A stretch of DNA of 62,216 bases, counting the filler, from Collodictyon triciliatum (taxonomy: Eukaryota), in the NCBI GenBank assembly GCA_043381765.1. It is 7 parts of 7 records of this genome, joined end to end, with 100 filler letters (N's around TTAATTAATTAA, not from the genome) between each part and the next. Parts side by side here need not be neighbours in the genome. Positions count along the whole stretch, not along the records: positions 49,869 to 59,897 come from JBHJMP010002816.1; positions 59,998 to 62,216 come from JBHJMP010002913.1; 5 more parts are not named here. One strand, given 5' to 3'. Position 1 is the first letter of the stretch, and every line of letters starts with the position of its first letter. Under the pieces are notes generated by a model, which saw nothing but the letters and a program-made list of their open reading frames with translations, was not told where the DNA came from and ran no database searches. Of this stretch, positions 51,588 through 62,216 are shown one piece after another. The position numbers and the translations under genes were made by a program.

Positions 51588-52481
51588 CTAGCCCAGATGG
51601 ACATGGACATTCTCGACATGGGCCCAGGGCACAACAATGAAGCCGAGAGACCGCATGTACGACCGGGCCGGTTTGCTGCCTTCGCCGCGGTGGGGCGATT
51701 GCACAATAGTCTCTTCCTGCGCGTCTGACAGAAGCAGATTGCGCTGGCGGTCAAAGCAAGCGAGTGGGCCGCTCAGAATCCGCCCGTCCCGCAGCTGCAC
51801 ACGCACCACCTTGTTGAGATACTCGCGCACACGCGCAATGCTTTCGGGCTCTGCCTGCCCGGCGCGGTCCGGAGTCACCCAAACGCTGGCGTCGATGCGA
51901 GCAGGCTTCTCCAATGCCTCGGCCTGCTCGGTCTCAGCAGCCTGTGCGCTTTGATCCAAGGCAAACGGGTTGGGCGCGCGTTGGGTGGGCGGCACAAGTA
52001 GGCTTGGGTGGATAGGAAAGGGGAAAATCTGGCGGAAATCCATGGGCTTTTGCCGGTGGCCTTCGTGGCCGTGGTCGTGATTGCATGGGCCGTCGTGTGG
52101 GTGATGATGTTGATGACCGTGTTGATGATGGCTGCTGCGTTGAGGCCCATGTTGATGGTGGCCGTGGTCGTGATTGCAGGGGCCGTCGTGTGGGTGATGA
52201 GGTTGATGGCCATGTTGATGATGGGTGCTGCGTTGAGGCCCGTGTTGATGACCGTGATCGTGACCGTGATCATGATTGCATGGGCCATCGTGTGGGTGAT
52301 GATGTTGATGACCGTGCTGATGACCGTGTTGATGACCGTGATCGTGGCCGTGATCATGATTGCATGGGCCATCGTGTGGGTGATGGTGGCTGTGATCGTG
52401 GCCTTGCTTGGAGGAGCGGCTCGAAGGGCGTTGCGACATTCTGGTTTTCCTGCAGAAAGTTCTGGGCTTAAGAGTTGCCAT
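51588..52481 (-). CDS. Sm/LSm-domain protein (NAA38/Mak31-like) with an N-terminal His-rich repeat, intronless
   Basis: C-terminal YLNKVVRVQLRDGRILSGPLACFDRQRNLLLSDAQE...RSLGFIVVPWAHVENVHV* is an Sm fold most like the NatC small subunit or SmB. The start is ATG 52481 or 52439. Confidence 0.8.
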   Translation of the reverse strand: MATLKPRTFCRKTRMSQRPSSRSSKQGHDHSHHHPHDGPCNHDHGHDHGHQHGHQHGHQHHHPHDGPCNHDHGHDHGHQHGPQRSTHHQHGHQPHHPHDGPCNHDHGHHQHGPQRSSHHQHGHQHHHPHDGPCNHDHGHEGHRQKPMDFRQIFPFPIHPSLLVPPTQRAPNPFALDQSAQAAETEQAEALEKPARIDASVWVTPDRAGQAEPESIARVREYLNKVVRVQLRDGRILSGPLACFDRQRNLLLSDAQEETIVQSPHRGEGSKPARSYMRSLGFIVVPWAHVENVHVHLG

Positions 52482-53098
52482 TCGTATCAATGAGTGATAA
52501 AAAAGAAGAAAGAAGAAGCAACTAGTAAAGGGAGGAAAAGAATCGGTGACTGTGATTGCTCCGGTTGAACCTGTTGTACGCGAGAAGTGTCTGTGACTTT
52601 TCTTTCTTTCTTTTTTTTCTTTCTTTGTGTGTGTGCGTGGCTCTTTCTTTTGATCTGATCGAGTGGTGCTCAAACCTTATCTCGAAAATCGCAAAGTCTG
52701 AATGTGGCGTATTACCAAAAATGCTTGCAGTGATTTCTTTTCTGTCGTAATTTGCGCTTCCAGATTCCAGAGACATTTGTTCTGGGTTTGCATCGACATG
52801 ACAGTGTCTCAAAAAGGCAGCACAAACATTTGTTTTTGTTAAAACTAAGGTCGAGGAGGCGCGCTACGTCTTTGTTCTGGGTTAGCCGCAGTATTTATAG
52901 ATGGCCTGTTCGATTGCGAGGAATCTTCAGGTATGTTGAATTCTTTAATGTGGCGGCCAAGAATCAAGACATACATAACATTTAATAGACAAACGCATAT
53001 GAACCACCTTTGCGTTCGCATTTGGTTCTGAATAAATTTTAATGTTCTTAAATAAATATTAGAAGAAAACCTAAAGGACAGAGAACCCGACCAAGCGA

Positions 53099-56000
53099 AT
53101 GGATAATATGTACGGGCAGCACCCTCAACAAATCTACACGACCGCTAACACTTGGCAGCCAGATGCATCGCCAAATGGACATAATGTGTCCGGCGTACAA
53201 ATAATGGACTCCACAAGAGGCACACATGTATGGCCATTGTGCATTTCAAAGAGAGAAAAAGCTCATCAAAAGAATCAAAAAAGAGTGCTTCTAAAACATA
53301 ATAGGAAGCCTATTTCTTCTAATATACTTGCAAATTAAGGTTATCAGCAACGTGCCATACCTGATGCCGACTTTCGAAGATAATAAAGATGTGAAATCCA
53401 AAGTGGAATGTAACACCTTCCTTCCTTTTCTTTCCTCTTTCTATACACCCACGATTGCATCCATTTTCTTTTTCTCCCAAGATGTTTGTCTTAATCATTA
53501 TAACTTTATCATTTTCTTTCTTCAGTTACAAGTTCTATGACATCCGCCAGCTTCTCAAAGACAGTGCCAAAACATAAAACAGCCTTCCAAAATCTTGCAC
53601 CACTGGTCATTCCAGCTTCCTATCCAATCGCAGCCAACAATCCAATCCAAATACAGCCTACATATACTCCCAATCAGTAAACTTTTCTTGCTAGATAGTA
53701 TTATTACATTCATTCCTTTGATACTTCCCCAAAGTATTTATCTGTCCAACTGCTCTGATTTAACTAAAAATTCTTTTGTTAACAGAATACGCGTTGGACA
53801 AAATAGTGCACCAACAACTTTCTTCCAACATTCTCCGGTCAACTTTTCACAAATAAGCCCGGCCACATACAAATCCCATGGTCAAGTAAATAGCGCCCCG
53901 ATAAGCCCTGCTCGGATTGCACACATGCAACCCGGACAGTATCCCGCAGCCACACAATTCATAGTTAGCCCTTCCCCGAAACACATCCAATACATAACAA
54001 CGGTAAGCCAATCATCCAACGAAATGAAATCATGATACTCAGTGGTAACTTTTCTTCAAAATACATAGCCAAAATCCAACATGTTTCTCCCAAGCTACGA
54101 ACAAACACAGACCATCACACAACATCCAGTAAATAGAAATGAAAACATGCACTCATTTCACCCAGAATCAAAAAGGACGAAAATGAAATTATAAACATAT
54201 TTAAACACGAGATTGCTAATTTTTTATTTTTATGTTCCAGGCCCAACCTCTTTACTACCACCCTCACCATAATGTTTCTCTTCAAGCGCCTCATGTTGCG
54301 CCTCAACCAGCACTAATTAGCAACATTCAAAACACCCACATTCAGGTCTAAAGAAATGAAATATTTCGGAATATATATATATATTATTGAGACTAATATC
54401 CAAATCACGAACAGAGTCCTATCGAATACAATCCTTTGACAAAAAATCCCATGACTTATGAGCAAGAGCGTGAATGGGAACGTTTGGGGGGCATAGCAAA
54501 ATATCAAGCTTCATACACCACTCCATTGAGCCCTGGGACGACAGGTTTATCCTTATCTCAATTTGAGAGGAAAATCGGAATGGAAAAAACGATGGAAAAT
54601 TGAATCAAGATATCGAAATATTAATGTACATGTGATTACAAAAAAATGGAAAAAAATAGAAAAACGAAACAATAAAACAATAAAACAATAAAACAATAAA
54701 ACAATAAAACAATAAAACAATAAAACAATAAAACAATAAAACAATAAAACAATAAAACAATAAAACAATAAAACAATACTTAAGATATGAATTATTATCC
54801 ACATTTTAATATTAAATACGTCTAATTGGTGATTCAATCGCCAGCGTTATTAGATAGAGTTGCCATAGCAACAGCAACTTCAGGGGTTGGCATGATTGCA
54901 ACCCAGGCACTCCTTCTCCAGAACAACTTCCTTATGACTCACCCAGACAGAAGGTAATCCATTTAGGATACACAGGAGGAGCAATGCCTGAAATTAACAT
55001 ATTTAATCTTCATTATTCATTTCATGTATACAAATAACTACGTTCTTATTTGTAAACTCCAAAGGAAATCGTCTATGGAAAGAATGAAGCATAAAATATC
55101 TCATCGAAAGGAAGACGACCTAAACTGGAGCACAATAAACGACACATACCCCGTAAAAATCCATGCCGGAATATTTGATGAAGACAAGGCTCTCTATTTG
55201 AAAGGTCAGTTAATATTGGGCCAAACACCCCAGCCACTAATAAAGACTCTGGTTTTGGAAGGAAATTGTTCACCGACCACACTCCAAAAACCATGGGATA
55301 TTAAGGCCGTAAAAACACTTTTCATTTTAGAGTACCACAACACATCCGAACTTGATATCTTTGCCGGAATTGATGCTGATCACCCCGAGAGTCTTGATGG
55401 TTTATTCAGAGGCTGCGCGAGGGCTTTCATAATTCCATCCCAGAGCTCTAGAAGAGTAGAAAATGTACTTACTGTTTCATGGCACTAAATATTCAAAAAA
55501 ATGATTCACAGTCTTTCGCACATAATTAATTCAAATCGCAATATGTATATATTAAAAAAAAAATACCACTCAAATAAAATGCAAAATGTATTACAATAGA
55601 CAATCTTAATGATTGATGCTGCCAAGAGGAGTGGTGTGCGTCATATCGTTATGTTATCTATAATCGGTGCAAACGAAGAGCCACTTTTATTCGCCAAGCA
55701 ATACGGGTAAGTAAGGGTGAATATAGAGAAATCAAGCTTGCTTTAACTGATGCCTATTAGCTAAGATCTCTCGACAAGAATATGCATTTTTTTCTTCGAC
55801 ACGATAAAGCAGATGATTTTCATTCCAGAATCTGATAAGCATTCAAGTTTTTGCTATACTCACCGCCATAAATTGTAGGGAAATCGAGAATCATTTGATG
55901 TTTAGTGGGTTGACATGGACCATATTAAGATGCTCCTTTTTTTATCAAGACTTGTTTGTCTTCACATCCAACATCCAAAACAAAACTTTGCCGCTTCCGG

Positions 56001-57110
56001 GAGGCCAGGGTAGATGGAACCCTGTGGATATGACAGGTATCGTTCTAAATCAAGGATTGGCTGTTGCCTGTTATGTCAAATCATTCATTTCTAATCTATT
56101 ATTCTTCAACCGAATCTGCATCTCCAGATGTCGGAAGGGCTGCTGCTGTTGTGTTGTCTTCTCATGGGCATGAAAACAAAATATACAACCTAACTGGACC
56201 GCAGTCATATGGTTAGTTTATAGGAAATCAAATATATATATTACTTTTACAATATAAGATGAGTCGCAGCGCAATCATTTGCTTTCCGAAGAAAGACTTC
56301 TTTAATATATATTCCCAAAAAAAAAAAGATGGACAAGAGCTGGCCAAAGTTATAGGGTCAAAGTTAAGAACAAAGGTGATTTACCAGGAAGTGTCTACAG
56401 GTCGAATTTAACAGAACTGTAACACCAACCTAACTCATGTGCATGATATTCTAGCCCATGCAATGATTAGCAATATTAGGCACAAAAGAAATAAGAGCTC
56501 TAATTTGTCAAACAAAGGTCATGCAACAAGGGAATACTAACGCATTTCATTCGAATGCTAGATGAATTCAAAACCATTCTGATGCAGAGGGGAATGCCCA
56601 TGTGGCAAGCGCAGGGAATGGCGCAGATGTTTGAGTTTTATAGATCAGGTAACACCTCCATTCGACCGAAATATCAACGATATACTTGCTATCTGATTCT
56701 CATCGGTATTCACTTGCAATTTGTGTAGAAGAGCTTTCTTCAGTATTGTGTTTTTTAAACATTAGTCACTCTTTGTACCCCGAAATTCAAATAACCACTG
56801 CGGGTCAAACTCCCTAAAAAAACATCACGAGCGATTTATGTATAACATCCCCTTTCTGATTGCCAGCTCGAACCGATGACAATTCTCAAGACCTCCAAAC
56901 CCTACTTGGCGGGCGAACTGATTTAGGAACGTGGTTGCAACGCAATCGCCAAAGGTGAAAGCATGCTCTAGTATATTTGTATGTTGCAGGTTGTTCAAAG
57001 AATTACAGTCCACTATGTACAGCAATTCAAAGTGGGATGTGAAACGGTATACAATAAACGCCAGGTTCAACGAAGACGATGACCTTGCCCTTCCTGCTCT
57101 TCCACGCTAA
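53099..57110 (+). CDS. NmrA-like atypical SDR domain protein with a long Q/P/S/H-rich N-terminus
   Basis: Exons give IDAAKRSGVRHIVMLS, EIENHLMFSGLTWTILRCSFFYQ, PVDMTDVGRAAAVVL..HENKIYNLTGP and ELAKVIG. Upstream low-complexity exons appear to splice to it, but some borders are uncertain. Confidence 0.72.
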
Positions 57111-57392
57111 GGCAGCACCCTTTCAGAGACTTACATGGGAGCGAGGCTGGGAGAAGATGAGACAATCTCCCCACTTGATAGTGGTTACAACGCACAAGTC
57201 TGTACATAGTGAAAATGATAGGAACATGCGTGTTCACTGAAGTGATATGAGAGCCTATGAAAATAAACAAGATGAAGAGATATCGATCTGCAAGATTAAA
57301 AATCGCCTAAAGACCTCCCCTGCACCATCTTTGCTTACTTTCCTGGATGAGTGAAGTAAATCAACGAAAAGTAGATTCCTGGTAGTTAAATT

Positions 57393-59644
57393 TTATTCAT
57401 CCTCGCCGTCGCCTTCTTCATCGTCCTCGGGCTCAACAGATTCATGGTCTGCTGGTGGGGGTTTGTTGGCCTCTTCAAATTCTTGCTCTTGCTCGACTGT
57501 CGGGTCCACGGTTTCTGTTGGCGTTTCGCTCTCTCCCAATACAATAGGTGGCGGTGGAGGTGTGTACGCACCGTGGATGTACTTGAGTCCATTGCCAAAA
57601 TAATATGTGGCAAACTTTTTTCCAAGACCTGTGCCACATTGCGAAAAAACAACAACAAAAGACAAACAATAATAAATCATTACCGATGAAGTGAACAGAT
57701 AATATTCCGTGCACATTCAAGGCTAATAACTGCGCACCGTAAGTGTATGAGCCTGGCCAGTACGACGATGCCAAAATGATGGGGATAAACTTGGTGGGAA
57801 TGAAGCCAGAGCCAGGTCTTCGAAGCAACCAGGCAGGAACCTTTCCATCGACCACTGTCGCAAAATGAATAACATTAACAGCTTAATAAATACTAGTAAG
57901 AAACAACTGCGACACAATTAAAAAAATAGATTTTTTTTCATGATTTAAAAGAAAAAAGAGAAAAAAGAGAAAAAAGAGAAAAAAGAGAAAAAAGAGAAAA
58001 AAGAGAAAAAAGAGAAAAAAGAGAAAAAAGAGAAAAAAGAGAAAAAAGAGAAAAAAAAGAGCAAAGGACAGCGAACAACGTACACGCATCTTCGTTTAAG
58101 GGGGCCAACAGCGCTGGGCCAGTCTCCTTTGTGTCCTCTTCTTCCTCCTCTTCTTCCTCGGCATCTTCTTCTTTGTTGGGCTTTGGTTCTTTAGGGGGTT
58201 TCCAGTACTCAGTTCTTCCTTGTGGCAAAATATAGCGCCTATGATGGGCCCAATTCTCTAAATTTGTCATTTCATTCAACTCTATTTCTTCAAATTCAGG
58301 ATTAACTTCCAGGTCGGCCGCAGGAGCTATTATGATGTACATATAAGATAAATAGGATTGAAAATATCAGGAGGTTTTCGATGAACAAATTGGTCATTCA
58401 TATGATGGCCAAGTAAGAACTCTACAAACTGGTTTCGTCCGACTCTTCCGGGGCCACGTAGAATCCTTTGGGACTTATGTAAGTAGCGCTCGAAATGCGT
58501 GCGATTTGGGCTCGTAAGTAATTGAGTTCTGTTCCAGGGAAAGGCGGGTAACTGTGGATTTCAGCATTCAAGTTTCCGGTAAGCATCTTTCGAATCTGTC
58601 TTGCAACCGATATCTGAGCAGGGGTTACATCAGGAAGTTGAACCCAGGACTCACCAACTAATTGTTTGTGTATAAATATGACATTTAATGAAAAATATTT
58701 AGGTAATTATCATCATCACTTTGAATTGGAGAAGGAAAAAAGAGAGGCAATTATCATTGTTTACTGCATTTGACAAACGATGTGGTGCGATAGATACAGA
58801 TTAACAAGGAGAACCTTTTGTGGTGACGTAGTATGTGTACAGATTTGGGCCTGTCTGATTCTCCACAGGAACTTCGTAAGGCTTCCTTATTTCTGGGCGC
58901 TTCACCTCTACTGGGGGTTTTGGTTTTCCCTCGTCATCTTCGTCTTCATTTCCTTCATCGGCGGCCTTTTCTGCGTCTGCGTCATCCTCTGCAGATGCGG
59001 GAACGACCACCGGGTCTCTCTTAAACTCGGCCTCGATAACGTAGTAGTAGTTGTGGATGGCGTTGATTCTTCCAAAAAAGCGGATTGCAGCCGGAGAGAA
59101 TTCATCAATAAGGCGTTGAATTCCCAGGTGCTAGGTTGTTCCATCAAAGGTAGAGAGTGAAAATGAGAGCACAATATTAATTGTAAACGATACTCATTCA
59201 TTCTAATGTGTGTGAGGTTTTGTAGTTGCTCGGTGCATATTCTGGCTTCGATAGTGAAAAATTCGTACCATATGAAATATTTCGTCTTCATTCAGGCCTA
59301 CACCAAAGAATGAAAAATACTCTGCCTCCTCAAACAAATTTGGGATTTCGGCTACTGGAGTTGTTATATCTTTGGCCTTCCTTGTTTTTTTCGGTGCCTG
59401 AATATCGTTAAAAGACAAGTTTAGAAGAAAAAAAGAGGTATGCTTCGCAAGTTGTAAATAACTATTCATTGTCAACATGAAAAAGCATTGTCTTTTAAGC
59501 GAATAAGCTTCCATAATTACAAAATGAGAGACCAAATGATATACAGTACGATAGATCATTTAGTGAATAAACAAAGAAACTCACCTCATAAAGCGAAAGC
59601 TTTTGAGCTAGAGCGTGAATCTGAGGTTGATTCTCCTCAATAAC
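57393..59644 (-). CDS. RSPH4/6: Flagellar radial spoke head protein RSP4/6 family, 5' truncated
   Basis: IRFFGRI...[84 protein letters not shown] and an acidic tail. Confidence 0.92.
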
Positions 59645-59997
59645 CTATATCAACGACAGAGAAAGTCATTTTGAGTATCGATGAGCTTCTATGTACACAC
59701 ATATTTCACTCGAGGCCATTCGTAGTTTACAATTACAAAGCGATAATAACAATAACAATAACAATAACAATAACAATAACAATAACAATAACAATAATAA
59801 TAACAATAACAATAATAATAACAATAATAATAACAATAATAATAACAATAATAATAACAATAATAATAACAATAATAATAACAATAATAATAACAATNNN
59901 NNNNNNNNNNNNNNNNNNNNNNNNNNNNNNNNNNNNNNNNNTTAATTAATTAANNNNNNNNNNNNNNNNNNNNNNNNNNNNNNNNNNNNNNNNNNNN

Positions 59998-60100
<103 letters not shown>

Positions 60101-60113
60101 CAAACTCTTGCAG

Positions 60114-62120
60114 GACTTTTTCTCGCCTCTTTCTTCGCATGGGGCACATCAACCCAGCTTCCAGCGCCAACAGTCCATGCGGACACTTCCTTCTGCCCCT
60201 GGTTTATCCCATAGCGTTTGTTTTTATTCGACAGGAAGCTTATCGGATATATTCGCTTGTTGCAATATATAGGATATATCTTTTGATTACAGCGCATAAG
60301 TGATCCTCAGTTTTTTTTTTTTTTTACACATGGAGATGTGATCCCATCGACCTTGTCTTTATTTTCTTATGCAAATTACTCTACAAAACCGTCGTATACA
60401 CTCGGTTCTGAATCTCATCCACAAATAAAAAAACGCATATTCCAATAATCCTTACTTCTCATACCAGAGTTCATTTATTGGCGGTTCCTTCCCAGCACCA
60501 GTGAATTATGCCCCACAATCCACTCCGGCCATGACACCTTATCACGGCTATGTATGTTACTCCGACTCAGATAATACTACATTCATGAAAGAAATATTGA
60601 TGCATTCTCTGATTTATTTGCTTATCCAAGGAGTCAATTTAAAACGATTGATTGTGGGCTTTTTATAACTTCTATGTTAAGAATAAAGTACACGCTCTTC
60701 ATGATAAAACTACATGACCATTTCATTTTAAGTCTTTTTATGCTTTAATCCAATATTGTGAGCCTTTTTTTTATCTGTCACAGTAGAATATCACTTACCA
60801 AATAATATACACCTATACATTGCACAAAGGCCACATCTCAGCCATACCAGCACGTATCATATCAGCCACCAGTTTCTCGCGATGTTTTTCTTTCTGGAAC
60901 GAACGTGCATAATCGCCCTCCGCCGCCACTAGCACGACATTCATCTCAAGTAACGAGCTACATAATAGCTCCATGATTATGCTGACTCATAGATAAAAAA
61001 AGAAAAAGAAACCCCAGAGGAATGCCATTTTCTCATTTTCTTCTGTCATTAAACATATTTTTCTCTTTTCTTGGATTCTATTTCTAGAATGTTTAGCATT
61101 TGATTGCATTTGCCACTCTTTTCCTGAATAAAATCTCGTTCAATAATGTGTGTCATACCACACATATTTCCAACAATAAACTTTATTCATAGATTTTGCA
61201 ACCTTCTATCTACGCGAGCGCACCCAGTCTTTACTCCAGCCAGTCAGCAGTGCAATACCGCCCACAAATGCCGCAAAACAATCCAAGCCCTCGTAATTTT
61301 CCACAGCAATACGTTGTGCAGCCAGCCATCCCGCAAACACCATACGCAAACTACATTTACCCTCAATGTAAATTATATTATATATTTGCAAAATTACCCA
61401 AATATAAATGCTCATATCTAACTCACAAACATATATTTGGTGTTGTGACGACCTAAAAACCTGGAATTAGCCGATACATTATTTTTTTTTGGTTTCTCAA
61501 AAATATATTATTCTCTTTTAACATTAATATATATTTCCTTCTGTCTTGACCACAGATTCAAACTATATTCAGCCATCTGTCCAGTACCATACTATGACGA
61601 ATATCCCCAGACAAGTCCCGTCTGTCTCTGGAAGAAAGCAGAGTTACATTCGGGTCAAGTCAGAAGATCAGCCTTCCACATCGCAGCTGCCCGACCCTGC
61701 TGGATTTGCTGAGATTGTGTCGCAACAACTACCAGCGAAACCCCGTAATATAGGATGAATGCTTTTCTTCTTTCCCAGCAACCACAAAATTCGTCCGCGT
61801 TTAACATATCGTGGTCTTGTCTTCTGCATATCCCTTTCACATTATTTTTAGACTTCTTGATTTAATTTCGTGCAAGCTTACATTATCATAAAATATCAAT
61901 AATTCATATCACAATATTGAAATATCCTGAACAGAGCCCGGGAATCAAGCTGTAAAGCAGACATCACCACTTCGACCTTCATCAGAAAAAGTAGAGGATA
62001 AATCTACTCAAGATTCTAATGCTTCAAAACCTGCATCGACAGTTGATTCTGACGCAAAAAAGCATGAAAATCCACCACCGGCTCCTCCTCCACAGGAACC
62101 CGAGGTTTCCTCTCGCCTTT
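60114..62120 (+). CDS. Internal exons of an unidentified low-complexity (P/Q/S/Y-rich) protein
   Basis: Several GT-AG-bounded, stop-free blocks (e.g. QPSIYASAPSLYSSQSAVQYRPQMPQ; DSNYIQPSVQYHTMTNIPRQ). No domain recognised. Confidence 0.45.
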
Positions 62121-62216
62121 CAAACAAACAAACAAACAAACAAACAAACAAACAAACAAACAAACAAACAAACAAACAAACAAACAAACAAACAAACAAA
62201 CAAACAAACAAACAAA
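62121..62216. repeat. (AAAC)n microsatellite
   Basis: Seen directly at the window end. Confidence 0.95.

Noticed and set aside
1091-51590. Stop-codon reassignment suggested by in-frame TAG/TGA at 10546, 21761 and 22931
   Set aside because: The traced exons of conserved genes (OPLAH, nagB, NDUFAF7, RSPH4/6) contain no in-frame stops. TAA, TGA and TAG each end a gene at its expected C-terminus. Two of the affected loci also carry frameshifts.

Overview
AT-rich, intron-dense eukaryotic nuclear DNA, probably from a flagellated aerobic protist: it has a radial spoke head gene plus the mitochondrial genes NDUFAF7 and PCCA. The window is not one locus. It consists of seven pieces (the five complete ones about 10 kb) joined by N-TTAATTAATTAA-N linkers, and nearly all pieces end in simple repeats. 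Splicing exons by hand with the standard genetic code gives: 5-oxoprolinase, a disrupted NHL-repeat gene, an intronless Kv-beta-type aldo-keto reductase, a NagB/PIG-L fusion, a 2OG-Fe(II) oxygenase fragment, a membrane-protein pseudogene, an orphan gene, a divergent DDX19-like helicase, an LRR/Cys-rich/multi-TM receptor, a TM thioredoxin, NDUFAF7, CIA2/MIP18, a voltage-gated K+ channel, the PCCA C-terminus, a His-rich Sm-domain (NAA38-like) gene, an NmrA-like gene and RSPH4/6. The most striking observations are four. (1) One gene encodes two tandem, asymmetric Kv 6TM units with duplicated intron positions. (2) The LRR receptor ectodomain is built from at least 19 one-repeat, phase-1 exon cassettes. 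(3) Splice signals are very degenerate, including GC donors and a GAG acceptor. (4) A His/Cys repeat is fused to the NAA38-like Sm domain. All gene models are manual and have not been checked by RNA data or database search.
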